This document shows, piece by piece, positions 19,208 through 29,190 of a stretch of 64,000 bases of DNA. A program made the position numbers and the translations under genes. The stretch lies in assembly GCA_963662615.2 (NCBI GenBank), contig CAXXSR010000002.1, positions 224,001-288,000 of the forward strand, in the 5' to 3' direction. The stretch comes from Dehalococcoidia bacterium (GTDB lineage Bacteria; Chloroflexota; Dehalococcoidia; Bin125). Under the pieces are notes generated by a model. It searched no databases and had not been told where the DNA came from. It worked only from the letters and a program-made list of their open reading frames with translations. Each line of letters begins with the position of its first letter. The stretch's first letter is position 1.

Positions 19208-20395
19208 ATGGGATTCCAGATCAACACGAATGTGCAGGCGATCAACGCCCAGCGCAACCTGAGCATGACGAACGTGAAGATGGGCAAGGCGCTGGAGAAA
19301 CTGTCCAGCGGCCTGCGCATCAACCGCGCGGCCGACGACGCCGCCGGCCTGGCCATCAGCGAAAAGCTGCGGGCGCAGGTGCGGGGCATGGAGCAGGCCG
19401 GGCGCAACGCCCAAGACGGCATCTCCATGATCCAGACGGCCGAGGGCGCGCTGGGCGAAGACCACAGCATCCTCCAGCGGATGCGCGAGCTGGCCGTCCA
19501 GGCCGGCAACAGCACCCTCTCCAGCGATGACCGCACCGCCATTGGCGAGGAGATGCTGGCCCTCAAGAACGAGATTGACCGCATTGCCACCTCCGTCAAG
19601 TTCAACGGCCAGAGCCTCCTCACCGGGTCTCTGGAGACGGCCTTGGACGGCACCACCGAGATCGCGGTGGGCACCGCCATCAGCAACAACGTCGCCTCCG
19701 CCGTGGACGTCTCCAAGGCGGACGCCGGCACCACGTACACCTTCACCTACGTGGGCGCCACCAACGCCCTGACGTTGACCAACGCGACGACCAGCGTGGC
19801 CCAGACGGTCACCTTCGGCACGGCCGGCGCGGCCGGGGACAAGGTCCTCAGCTTCGACCAGCTCGGCGTCACGGTGACCCTGACCGGTCCGGCCGAGGCC
19901 GTCGCCGATGACCTCGGCACCGCCCTCGCCGCCGCCGGCAGCAACGACATCATCACCGCCGCCGGCTCCGGCTCCGCCACCTTCCAGGTGGGCGCCGAGT
20001 CGGGGGAGACGATCTCCGTCTCCTTCGGGGACATGCGCTCGACGGCGATCGGCACCGGCGCGGGCAACCAGATCTCGGACAAGGTCGCCGACAACCAGGC
20101 CGTCTCGACGACGGCCAAGGCGAGCGCGCTGCTGGTCATCATCGACGACGCCATCACCGACGTCTCGACGCAGCGCGGCGCGCTGGGCGCGGTCCAGAAC
20201 CGCATTGAGCACACCATCGCGGCGCTCGGCATCGTGGTGGAGAACTTGAGCGCGTCGGAGAGCCGGATCCGCGACGCCGACATCGCGTTTGTCTCCTCGC
20301 AGCTGGTGACCCAGCAGATCCTGCAGCAGGCGGGCGTCTCCGTCCTGGCGCAGGCCAATCAGGCGCCGCAGGCGGTGCTACAGCTCCTCCAGTAA
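19208..20395 (+). CDS. fliC: Flagellin
   Basis: EKLSSGLRINRAADDAAGLAISEK; ENLSASESRIRDAD; LAQANQAPQAVLQLL; C-ending codon bias suggests high expression. Confidence 0.99.
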   Translation: MGFQINTNVQAINAQRNLSMTNVKMGKALEKLSSGLRINRAADDAAGLAISEKLRAQVRGMEQAGRNAQDGISMIQTAEGALGEDHSILQRMRELAVQAGNSTLSSDDRTAIGEEMLALKNEIDRIATSVKFNGQSLLTGSLETALDGTTEIAVGTAISNNVASAVDVSKADAGTTYTFTYVGATNALTLTNATTSVAQTVTFGTAGAAGDKVLSFDQLGVTVTLTGPAEAVADDLGTALAAAGSNDIITAAGSGSATFQVGAESGETISVSFGDMRSTAIGTGAGNQISDKVADNQAVSTTAKASALLVIIDDAITDVSTQRGALGAVQNRIEHTIAALGIVVENLSASESRIRDADIAFVSSQLVTQQILQQAGVSVLAQANQAPQAVLQLLQ

Positions 20396-20422
20396 GCGGA
20401 CGCGCCGGCATCCGCTAGACGT

Positions 20423-20452
20423 TCTGGGGACGGCCCTGCGGCCGTCCCCAGA
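20423..20452 (+). terminator. Perfect 13-bp hairpin after flagellin (terminator or stability element; no U tract)
   Basis: TCTGGGGACGGCC-ctgc-GGCCGTCCCCAGA. Confidence 0.65.
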
Positions 20453-20473
20453 CCGATCCTGGGAGAACGCCTA

Positions 20474-20501
20474 TAGGGAGGGCGGTCGGCGCCGTCGATG
20501 G
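20474..20501 (+). promoter_or_regulatory. Putative sigma-28 promoter of flaG-fliD-fliS (TAGG-N16-GTCGATGG)
   Basis: Same -35 and spacer as the fliC promoter candidate. Confidence 0.6.
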
Positions 20502-20559
20502 TTGAGACAGGCGGGGCCACCGCCCCGTGGGCGTGCAGGAAGGCGACGAGCGCGAGGTC

Positions 20560-20898
20560 ATGAGCGACATCAGCGTCAACCGCACCGCCGCCATCGCCGT
20601 GACGCCGACGGACCGGCAAGGCGGCCAAGCGCGCGACCGGCGGCGCGATTCCGATGCCCGCGCTCGGGCCCGTCGGGAGGCGATCGTGGAGCTCCTGGAA
20701 GGACATGGTGTCCCCCACGACGAGGGGTTGACGCCGATCCTGGAGGTGATCACGGATGCCGATAGCGGCGCCACCCGCATTCGCGTGTGGGACGAGCGCA
20801 CGGGGGCCGTGGTGGCGGAAGTGAGCGCGGAGGAGTTCGCCGCGGCGGCGGCGGCGCACCAGGCCTTTGAAGGTCTCTTGGTGGAGCGCAACAGCTAA
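20560..20898 (+). CDS. flaG: FlaG-like flagellar protein
   Basis: RIRVWDERTGAVVAEV...EGLLVER; between fliC and fliD. Confidence 0.75.
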   Translation: MSDISVNRTAAIAVTPTDRQGGQARDRRRDSDARARARREAIVELLEGHGVPHDEGLTPILEVITDADSGATRIRVWDERTGAVVAEVSAEEFAAAAAAHQAFEGLLVERNS

Positions 20899-22925
20899 TG
20901 GCACCGATTGCCTTTGGCGGGATCATTTCGGGCGTTGATACGACGTCGCTCGTGGACCAGATCATCGCGGCGCAGGCGCGGCCCATCCTGCGCCTGGAGA
21001 GTCGGATCGACGTTCAGGAGGATCGCAAGGAGGCGCTGGGCGACCTGCGCGGCCGGCTTGCGAATCTACTCACGCGGGCGCTGGCGTCGGTGAGCGGGCT
21101 GAGCGCGCGCACGGCGATCGCCGGCAAGACGGCGACGGGCGACAAGAGCGTGATCAGCGTGGCGGTGGACAGCACCACGGCGGTGGGATCGTTCCAAGTC
21201 TCTGTGGAGCAGCTGGCGACGACGACGCGCGTGGAGGCGGCGACGCCGATGGGCCAGGCCGTGACGCAGAACGTGGCGCTGGACAGCGCCGGCTTCAGCG
21301 CGACGATCACCACCGGCACGTTCACCATCAACGGGACGCAGATCAGCATTGACAGCAGCACGGTGCTTTCCGACGGCGTGGATGACGGGACGTCGAACTC
21401 GATCCTGGGCAAGATTAATAACGCCGGGATTAGCGTGACAGCCAGCGTCGTCAACGACCCCTTCAGCAACCCGAACCTTCTGCAACTGAGCTCCGCCAGC
21501 GCCATCACGCTGGGCGCGGGGGGCGACACGAGCAACTTCCTGGAGGCCGCGCACCTCCTGGCGTCGGTGGCGGGGAGCACCCGTACCAGCACGCAGGGTC
21601 TGGGGCAGACGCAGCCGTCGGTGAACCTGGACAGCGCGCGGCTGGTGACGGCGCTGGTCCCGACGACGGGCAGCTTCACGATCAACGGTTTGACCATTAC
21701 GTACGACGCCGCCAATGAGTCGCTCAACGACATCCTCAGCAAGATCAACACGGCGGGGGCGGGGGTCACGGCGAGCTACGACGCGAATGCCGACGCGGTG
21801 GTGCTGACGGCGGAGCAAACCGGGTCGATCACGATCGGCCTGCAGGACGTGAGCGGCAACTTCCTCCAGGCCACGGGCCTGCTGGGCGCAACCCAGACGT
21901 TGGGGCAGAACGCCGCTTACAAGATCGACAGCGGCCCGACCCAGTATTCCACCAGCAATACGATCGCGAACGCGGTGCCCGGAGCGACGGTGACGTTGCT
22001 GGCAGCGGCCCCCGGCGACAACGCGACGGTGACGGTGGAGGCGAACGATGAGGCGATCATCAACGCCGTGAAGGCGTTCGTGCAGCAATACAACTCCACC
22101 TTGACCTTGGTGACCGACCTGACGGCCGCGAATCCTGAGGGCGTCAGCGGCGATCTGGCCGGCGACAGTTCGATCCGGTTATTGGCGCAGACCTTGCGAT
22201 CGCTGGTGGTGGGCTTGGGGGACAACCTGACCACGCAGTACACGAGCCTGAGCGACTTGGGCGTGACCTTCGGCGCGGTGGGCGCCGAATTGGGGGCGAC
22301 CGACATCCTGCAGCTCGATGAGGCGCCCCTGCGCGACGCCATGAAGGAGGATCGCAACGCGGTCATCCAGCTCCTCGCCGCGCTGAGCGTCACCGCCACG
22401 TTCCAGAGCGGGACGGGCAGTCTTGCCAGTACCGCGGGGGTCCCCGACAAGACGCAAGCAGGAACGTACACGATTACGGACGACGGGTCGGGCAATCTGA
22501 CCGTCCAGTTCGACCCGACGGACGGCAGCACCAGCATTGTCAGTACGGGCACGATTATCGCGGGCGGCACCAACAAGACGATCATTCCCGGCATGACGCT
22601 CACGGCCAAAGGGACGCTGCAAGCGGGGGCCGACACGATCCTGGTGACGCGCGATAAGGCCGGCGTGGCCGTGAAACTGGAGAATGCGCTGGACGCGCAA
22701 TTGCGGACGGACGGCACGCTGGACACCAAAACCGAGGTGATCGACAAGCTGATTGCGGACATGAACGACCGCATTGCGCGGCTGGAACAGCGGCTGGTGT
22801 CGGAGCAGGTGCGTCTGGAGCGGCAGTTCGCCCGCATGGAGCAGGCGTTCGCACGCTTCGAAACGCAGCGCAACTTGCTGTCGGGCCTGACGAGCACACT
22901 GAATTCGATCAGCAGCGCACGGTAA
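20898..22925 (+). CDS. fliD: Flagellar filament cap protein FliD
   Basis: FGGIISGVDTTSLVDQII; FVQQYN; C-terminal RLERQFARME. Confidence 0.95.
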   Translation: MAPIAFGGIISGVDTTSLVDQIIAAQARPILRLESRIDVQEDRKEALGDLRGRLANLLTRALASVSGLSARTAIAGKTATGDKSVISVAVDSTTAVGSFQVSVEQLATTTRVEAATPMGQAVTQNVALDSAGFSATITTGTFTINGTQISIDSSTVLSDGVDDGTSNSILGKINNAGISVTASVVNDPFSNPNLLQLSSASAITLGAGGDTSNFLEAAHLLASVAGSTRTSTQGLGQTQPSVNLDSARLVTALVPTTGSFTINGLTITYDAANESLNDILSKINTAGAGVTASYDANADAVVLTAEQTGSITIGLQDVSGNFLQATGLLGATQTLGQNAAYKIDSGPTQYSTSNTIANAVPGATVTLLAAAPGDNATVTVEANDEAIINAVKAFVQQYNSTLTLVTDLTAANPEGVSGDLAGDSSIRLLAQTLRSLVVGLGDNLTTQYTSLSDLGVTFGAVGAELGATDILQLDEAPLRDAMKEDRNAVIQLLAALSVTATFQSGTGSLASTAGVPDKTQAGTYTITDDGSGNLTVQFDPTDGSTSIVSTGTIIAGGTNKTIIPGMTLTAKGTLQAGADTILVTRDKAGVAVKLENALDAQLRTDGTLDTKTEVIDKLIADMNDRIARLEQRLVSEQVRLERQFARMEQAFARFETQRNLLSGLTSTLNSISSAR

Positions 22926-23002
22926 AGCGACGGCAGGCGGCACGGCAGTGCCGAGGCCACAGGGGTCACTACAGGGGCAGCCAGGGGGGCAGGGAAGACG
23001 CA

Positions 23003-23410
23003 ATGGAGAATGGCTATCAGACGTACCAGCGGGTGGGGATGGAGACCGCGTCGCCGTCGCAGCTGTTGCTTGCCCTCTATGACGGCGCCATTCGCTTTCT
23101 GGGGCTGGCGCGGACGGGGCTCGAAAGGCGCGACCTGGAGGCGGCCAATCGCAATCTGGGGCGGGTGCAAGACATCATCATGGAGCTGCTGGTCACGCTG
23201 GACATGGAGCAGGGCGAGATTCCGGAGCGGCTGCGGGACCTTTACATCTATCTCTACCGCGTGCTGCTTGAAGCAAATCTGGAGAAGAACGACGCCAAGA
23301 TGGTGGAGGTGGACGGCCATCTGCGCCGGTTGCGGGCGTCGTGGCGGGGCGCCGCGGAGCAGGTGGCGCGGCAGGCCGCCGGCGATGCGCCGGGGCGGAT
23401 GACGGCGTAG
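23003..23410 (+). CDS. fliS: Flagellin chaperone FliS
   Basis: TASPSQLLLALYDGAIRFL; QDIIMEL; LYIY. Confidence 0.96.
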   Translation: MENGYQTYQRVGMETASPSQLLLALYDGAIRFLGLARTGLERRDLEAANRNLGRVQDIIMELLVTLDMEQGEIPERLRDLYIYLYRVLLEANLEKNDAKMVEVDGHLRRLRASWRGAAEQVARQAAGDAPGRMTA

Positions 23411-23425
23411 GAAGGCGGGAACTGC

Positions 23426-23824
23426 ATGCAACGCCCAGCCGAGGAACGACTCAGCATCCTCAAACAGCTGCTGCGCCTGGCGCAGGAGCAGCGCGGAGCC
23501 CTGCGGGCGGACGACGTGGCGCAGTTCGAGGCGCTCCTGGGTCAGCGGCAGCGCCTGCTCTATGTGCTCGCGACGGAAGGGGACCAGTTGGTGCCGGCGA
23601 ACGTGATCCCGTTTCCCGGACGGGGCCGCTCCGGCGACGACCAGCTGGCGCTGGCGGCGCTGGTGCAGGGCATCCAGGAGATCGATCGGGAGAACGGGTC
23701 CCTGCTGCAGACGAAGCTGGCCGAGGTGGGCGCGAGCCTGCGCCGCCTGCACCAGGGCCGACAGGCCGCGCGCGGCTACGCGCCGCCGCCGCGGACGTCG
23801 GCAGGGCTCGAGAAGGCAGGATAA
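23426..23824 (+). CDS. FliT/FlgN-like flagellar chaperone
   Basis: Helical protein after fliS; IQEIDRENGSLL...ARGY. Confidence 0.7.
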   Translation: MQRPAEERLSILKQLLRLAQEQRGALRADDVAQFEALLGQRQRLLYVLATEGDQLVPANVIPFPGRGRSGDDQLALAALVQGIQEIDRENGSLLQTKLAEVGASLRRLHQGRQAARGYAPPPRTSAGLEKAG

Positions 23825-23961
23825 GGCCGCACCCCCCCCAGCGCAGGCCGGCCCGTGCCGCATCATTGGGGATGCCGAGACTCCTGTGAGCCGCTATGCT
23901 GCTGGCACTTTGGCGCGGCCCTTGCCCAAGGGGCGAGGGAAAGTCCAGGGATGCCCCCGTG

Positions 23962-24237
23962 ATGCTTGAGCCCAGTGGCCGCCCGCACCCGCACCCGGAC
24001 GCGTCAGCAGCGGCAGGCCCCGAACCGTCGGCGGCGTCGCCCCCGGAGGCCCCCGGGTCCGCCGCGGAGGCGAGCGGGAGCGCGGCAGCCGGAAGCGCGA
24101 AACGGGCAAGCGGCCGCCCCGTTGGTGGGGCGACGCTGCGCACGGAGAAAGTCTTCGCCCTGCGCACGGCGCTCGCCAACGGCACGTACAAGATCGATGC
24201 GAGGCGGATCGCGAAGCGGCTGCTCGGCCGCCCCTAA
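23962..24237 (+). CDS. flgM: Second FlgM-like anti-sigma-28 protein (start uncertain, 23896-23962)
   Basis: RTEKVFALRTALANGTYKIDARRIAKRLL. Confidence 0.75.
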   Translation: MLEPSGRPHPHPDASAAAGPEPSAASPPEAPGSAAEASGSAAAGSAKRASGRPVGGATLRTEKVFALRTALANGTYKIDARRIAKRLLGRP

Positions 24238-24452
24238 CCTCTCCGCCTGCCCCCGCCAGCGCCCGGAAAAGCGGCCGGCCCACTGTCAGGGCGGAAGCCC
24301 GGCCGTGCTTTCGCCTTCGGCTTTCAGGTCTTTCATTGGATCGCATCAGGAACCCCGGCCTGGGCCATCAGGGATCGTCCAATGGGGGCGGAATCCCCAG
24401 CCCCATAGATTGAATGCACACCTGTCCGCAGCAGGGGAGAGGGCCGGCGCGC

Positions 24453-26028
24453 GTGGCTTCGTTCGCAACGCTTCCAAGCGATCTGGGCGGTGTCTGGAAC
24501 CGGCTCCCGCGCGGCCAGAAGGTGGTGCTGTTGCTAATGGGCGGCGGTGCGATCGTGCTGTTCATGCTGATGACCAGCTGGGCGCGGTCGCCGGACTTTG
24601 TGCCGCTGTATGGCGGGCTGGAGCCGGCGGACGCGGGCGCCGTGGTGGACCGCCTGCAAACGCAGGGGATTCCCTACCAGGTCTCGGATGGGGGGGACGA
24701 GCGTGCGTGTGCCGTCCTCGCGGGTGGCGGAGGCGCGGATCGACTTGGCATCGGTGGGGCTGCCCAGCGGTGGCGCGGTCGGCTTCGAAATCTTTGACAA
24801 TCAATCGTTTGGCGTCACGGATTTCGTGCAACGCATCAATCTCCGCCGCAGCCTGGAAGGGGAGCTGTCGCGCACGATCAATCAGCTGGACGGCGTGCGC
24901 GGCAGCCGGGTGCATATTGCGATTCCGGAGAACCAGCTCTTCACGGAGCTGGAGGCGAAGGCGGGGGCGTCCGTGGTGCTGGAGCTGCGGCCGGGGAGCG
25001 GCCTCTCGCAAGCGCAAGTCCGCGGGGTGGCGCATCTGGTGGCGCAGAGCGTCGACGGGCTGGACGCGGCGAACGTCACGATCCTGAATACGAAGGGCGA
25101 CATCCTCTACGACGGCAGCGATGATCTCGGGGTCGCCGGCAGCACTCAGCTGCAACTGGCCCAGGCGTACGAGGACCGGCTGGAACGAGATCTGCGCGGC
25201 TTTTTGCGCTCCGTCCTGGGTCCGCACCGTTCGGCGGTGGAGGTGAGCGCGGCGCTGGACTTCACGCACACGGACACGACGACGGAGACGTTCGTGCCGG
25301 TGGAGGCAGGCGAGCGATCCAGCCAGACGGTGGAGGAGACCTTCACCGGCACGGGCGGTGCGGAGCCGCTCAACGTGCCGGGGGCCGTGGCGAACGTGCC
25401 GGGTGCGAACGTCCCCGAGGTGGATGGCGAATCGGAGGGGGCATCTTCCAGCTATACGCGCACGGAGTCCACTGTCAACAATGAGCTGAACCGCATCCTG
25501 GCGGTGACGACGACGGCGCCGGGGCAGGTCCAGCAGCTCTCCATTTCCGTGATCTTGGACGAATCCGTTTCAGAAGAGCAAGCGAGCGAGTTGAAAGCGG
25601 CGCTGAGCACGGCTGCCGGCATCGATCCGTCGCGGGGCGATGCGCTGACGGTGAGCCGAGTGCCCTTCGATCTGACGGAGCTGGAAGAGGCCGAAGAGGC
25701 GTCCAACCAGACCACGAACATGATGCGGATGGCGCTCCCCGTGGTGGCCGTCCTGCTGGCGGGCGGATTCTTCTGGTTCTTCATCCGCAAGGTGGGGCAG
25801 GCCGGGCAGCGCTCACAGTCGGACCAGTTCACGCTGGCGGTGGGCGCGGGGGCCGCGACGCCGGCGCTGCCGCAGGGCGAAACGGTGGAGCACCTGCAGG
25901 AGCGGATGCGCCTTGAGGCGCAGCAGAAGCAACGGGAGACGACGACCCAGGAGATCACGCAGTTTGCGCGAGCGCAGCCGCAGGCGGTTGCGGAGGTGGT
26001 GCAGACCTGGGTCCGCGAGGACAAGTAA
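24453..26028 (+). pseudogene. fliF: MS-ring protein FliF, frameshifted at G7 tract 24690-24696 (possibly a sequencing error)
   Basis: TM + PDFVPLYGGL in one frame; GFEIFD...RSLEGELSRTI in the next; removing one G gives SDGGTSVRVP. Confidence 0.92.
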
Positions 26029-26046
26029 GAAGGACGCACAGACGCC

Positions 26047-27069
26047 GTGGTGCAAAAGTCAGCTGGGCGGATGCGCGGGCGCATGAAAGCCGCCGCGCTG
26101 CTGGTGGCCTTGGGCCCGGAGCTGTCGGCGGCGGTGCTGCGGAAGCTGCCGGAAGACGACATTGAACGGATCACGTTTGAGGTATCGGCCCTAGGGACGG
26201 TCGCGCCGCAGTCGCGCGAAGCGATCATGGAAGAGATGTTCTCCACGGCGAAGGCGCAGGAATACGTCAGCGTGGGGAGCGTGGACTACGCCAGGAAGAT
26301 GCTGGAGCAGGCGCTGAGGACGTCCAAGGCGGAGGAGATCGTCCGTCGCATTGCGGTTAGCAGCGACGCGATGCCGTTCGCGTTCCTGCGTGAGGTGGAC
26401 CCGGTGATTCTGGTCGGTTACCTGCAAAAGGAGCACCCGCAGACGGCGGCTTTGATCTTGGCGCACCTGCCGTCCGGGCGCGCCTCGGAGGTGCTGCGCG
26501 GGCTGCCGGCCGACATCCAAGGGGACGTCTCCGCGCGGGTTGCGTCCATGAGCCGGACGGCGCCGGAGGTGGTGCGCGACGTGGCGGGCGTGATGCGCAA
26601 GAAGCTGTCGTCCATGATCACCCCGCATCAGGAGTTCGCGGAGGCCGGCGGCCTGGATGCCCTGGTGCGGATCCTGAAGCAAGTAGACCGGGGGACAGAG
26701 AAGACGATTCTGGAGTCCATGGAGCGCGCCGACCCCAAGCTGGCCGACGAGATCAAGCAGCAGATGTTCGTCTTCGACAACATCACGCAGCTGGACGACC
26801 GGTCGATTCAGCGGGTGCTCCGCGAAGTGGACATGAAAGATTTGGGGCTGGCGCTGAAGGGGACGACGGAGGAAGTGCGCGAACGGATCTTGCGCAACAT
26901 GTCGGATCGCGCGTCGAAGATGCTGGAGGAGGACATGGTCGCCCACGGCCCGGTCCGTGTGCGGCACGTGGAGGAGGCGCAGGGTCGCATTGTTGGCGTG
27001 ATCCGGCGGTTGGACGAGGCCGAGGAGATCCTCATCTCTCGGGGCGGGGAGGACGACATCCTTGCCTAG
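26047..27069 (+). CDS. fliG: Motor switch protein FliG
   Basis: KAAALLVALG, EHPQT, MFVFDNI, NMSDRA. Confidence 0.97.
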   Translation: MVQKSAGRMRGRMKAAALLVALGPELSAAVLRKLPEDDIERITFEVSALGTVAPQSREAIMEEMFSTAKAQEYVSVGSVDYARKMLEQALRTSKAEEIVRRIAVSSDAMPFAFLREVDPVILVGYLQKEHPQTAALILAHLPSGRASEVLRGLPADIQGDVSARVASMSRTAPEVVRDVAGVMRKKLSSMITPHQEFAEAGGLDALVRILKQVDRGTEKTILESMERADPKLADEIKQQMFVFDNITQLDDRSIQRVLREVDMKDLGLALKGTTEEVRERILRNMSDRASKMLEEDMVAHGPVRVRHVEEAQGRIVGVIRRLDEAEEILISRGGEDDILA

Positions 27070-27784
27070 ACGCAACCCGATCCTCCCGAGCCGAGGGCGC
27101 GCGCTGCGCCCCCGCGATGCGGCGGAAGGCGAGCCCGTGCGGATTCGGCGCAGCCAGCTGCGCGGGCGCCCGCTGCTGAGCCGGGGCCGGGTCGCGCCGG
27201 AGGCGGAGATCCTCGACAACGCGCGCCGGCAAGCGGAGGCGCTGCGGACGGAAGCGGCGGCGGACGCGGCCGCGCTTCGCGAGGGCGCCGGCCACGAATG
27301 CGCGAACGTGCTGGCGGCCGCCCGCGAGCAGGGCCAGCAGGCGGGTTACCTGAGCGGCCAGGCGGCCGCCCAGGAGGAGATGGCGGAGGCGTTACAGCTG
27401 GTGCGGACCGTGGCCGCGGACACGAAGGCGCTACGCGACACGATTTTCCGCAGCTCCCAGGAGCAGCTGTTGCGATTGGTGGCGGCGGCGGCCGTGCGGG
27501 TGGTGGGCGACGTTGCCAAACAGCATCCGGATCTGGTGCTGCGGGCCGTGGAGGAGGCGCTCCAGCGCAGCGGCGATCAGCGCGTGCTGCGCGTGCCGGT
27601 GCATCCGGATTCGCAGCAGATCGTGGAGGCGAGCTACGGGCCGGAGGAGCGCGACTGGGCGCTGCGGAGCGACGGGGGGCTGGCGCTGGGCGGCTGCATT
27701 GTGGACACGGCGGCGGGCGTGATTGACGCCTCCGTGGAGGGCCAGGTGGGGGAGATCGAAGCGGCCTGGCGGGAGCTTTCGTGA
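27062..27784 (+). CDS. fliH: Flagellar export protein FliH
   Basis: AxxxG repeats, VHPD, GGCIVDT..G.IDAS. Confidence 0.88.
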   Translation: MPRRNPILPSRGRALRPRDAAEGEPVRIRRSQLRGRPLLSRGRVAPEAEILDNARRQAEALRTEAAADAAALREGAGHECANVLAAAREQGQQAGYLSGQAAAQEEMAEALQLVRTVAADTKALRDTIFRSSQEQLLRLVAAAAVRVVGDVAKQHPDLVLRAVEEALQRSGDQRVLRVPVHPDSQQIVEASYGPEERDWALRSDGGLALGGCIVDTAAGVIDASVEGQVGEIEAAWRELS

Positions 27785-29190
27785 TGGTGATGGCGGAGAC
27801 GCCAGCAACGCTGGACCTGGCGCGCTATGAGGCTGTGCTGCCGATGGTGCCGACCGTGCGCGCGCGGGGGCGGGTGGTGCAGATTGTGGGGATGACGCTG
27901 GAGGCGGAGGGGGTCGCCGCGCGGGTCGGTGAGATCTGCCACATCCGCGACGACGAGGCAGGCGAGCTGCGGGCGGCGGAGGTGGTGGGATTCCGCAACG
28001 GGCGGCTGCTGCTGGTTCCGTTGGAGCCGCTCAGCGGCGTTCTGCCCGGCAGTCAGGTGACGGCCAGCGGCAGCTCCTTCCGCGTGCCCGTGGGAGACGA
28101 GATGCTGGGCCGGGTGCTGGACGGTCTGGCGCGGCCCATTGACGGACGAGGGCCGATTCTGGCGACCGATCACACGCTGACACAGGCCTCCACACCGGCT
28201 CCCCTGAGCCGCCAGCTGATCCGGCAACCGTTCTCTACGGGCATCCGTTCCATTGATGCGCTGCTGACGTTGGGCGTGGGTCAGCGCATTGGCATCTTCG
28301 CCGGGTCCGGCGTGGGCAAGAGCACCGTGCTGGGGATGATTGCTCGGTACGCCACGGCCGACGTCAATGTGATTGCGCTCATTGGCGAACGCGGACGCGA
28401 GGTGCGGGAGTTTCTGGAGCACAGCTTGGGGCCGGCCGGCCTGGCGCGATCGGTGGTGGTGGTGGCGACGTCCGACCAGCCGGCGCTGCTGCGACTCAAG
28501 GCGGCCTGGGTGGCCACGGCGGTGGCGGAGTGGTTCCGCGAGCAGGGGCGCAGCGTCCTGCTGATGATGGATTCGCTGACCCGCTTCGCCATGGCGCAGC
28601 GGGAGATTGGCCTGACGGTGGGCGAGCCGCCGGCGGTGCGCGGCTACACGCCTTCCGTCTTCGCCATGCTGCCGGCGCTACTGGAACGAGCGGGCACGTC
28701 GGATGTGGGCGCGATCACGGGGCTTTACACGGTGCAGGTGGAAGGCGATGACCTGCGTGAGCCCGTCAGCGACACGGCGCGCGGCGCGCTGGACGGCCAC
28801 ATTGTGCTGTCGCGGGCGTTGGCGCAGCAGAGCCACTATCCCGCCGTGGACGTGCTGGCGAGCGTGTCGCGATTGGCGCCGGCGCTGCAGAGTCCGGAGC
28901 ATGCGCGCGCCGCGGGCCGGTTGCGGGAGCTGCTGGCGGCGTATGAGGAGACACGCGATCTGATCTCGATCGGCGCGTATCAGGCGGGGAGCAATGCAGA
29001 TGTGGATTACATGATCAAGGCGCGGACGGAGATCAACGCGTTCTTGCAGCAAAAGCCCGGCGAAGGCGCGGACTTCGCGCAGAGCCTCACGCGCTTGCTG
29101 ACGCTGGCGCCACCCGCCGGCATGCCGGTGACACCGTCCGACAACGCGATCATGGCAGCGACGCATAGCGAGGGGGGGCAGGATGTCTAA
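27781..29190 (+). CDS. fliI: Flagellar export ATPase FliI
   Basis: AGSGVGKST, GERGRE, MDSLTRFAMAQRE. Confidence 0.98.
   Translation: MMVMAETPATLDLARYEAVLPMVPTVRARGRVVQIVGMTLEAEGVAARVGEICHIRDDEAGELRAAEVVGFRNGRLLLVPLEPLSGVLPGSQVTASGSSFRVPVGDEMLGRVLDGLARPIDGRGPILATDHTLTQASTPAPLSRQLIRQPFSTGIRSIDALLTLGVGQRIGIFAGSGVGKSTVLGMIARYATADVNVIALIGERGREVREFLEHSLGPAGLARSVVVVATSDQPALLRLKAAWVATAVAEWFREQGRSVLLMMDSLTRFAMAQREIGLTVGEPPAVRGYTPSVFAMLPALLERAGTSDVGAITGLYTVQVEGDDLREPVSDTARGALDGHIVLSRALAQQSHYPAVDVLASVSRLAPALQSPEHARAAGRLRELLAAYEETRDLISIGAYQAGSNADVDYMIKARTEINAFLQQKPGEGADFAQSLTRLLTLAPPAGMPVTPSDNAIMAATHSEGGQDV

Noticed and set aside
19208-20395. Flagellin as a horizontally acquired gene because of its C-ending codon bias
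   Set aside because: Better explained by high-expression codon usage; no mobility signatures nearby.
24238-24452. c-di-GMP riboswitch upstream of fliF
   Set aside because: Class I and class II signature motifs were not found; the structure is reported only as an unknown element.
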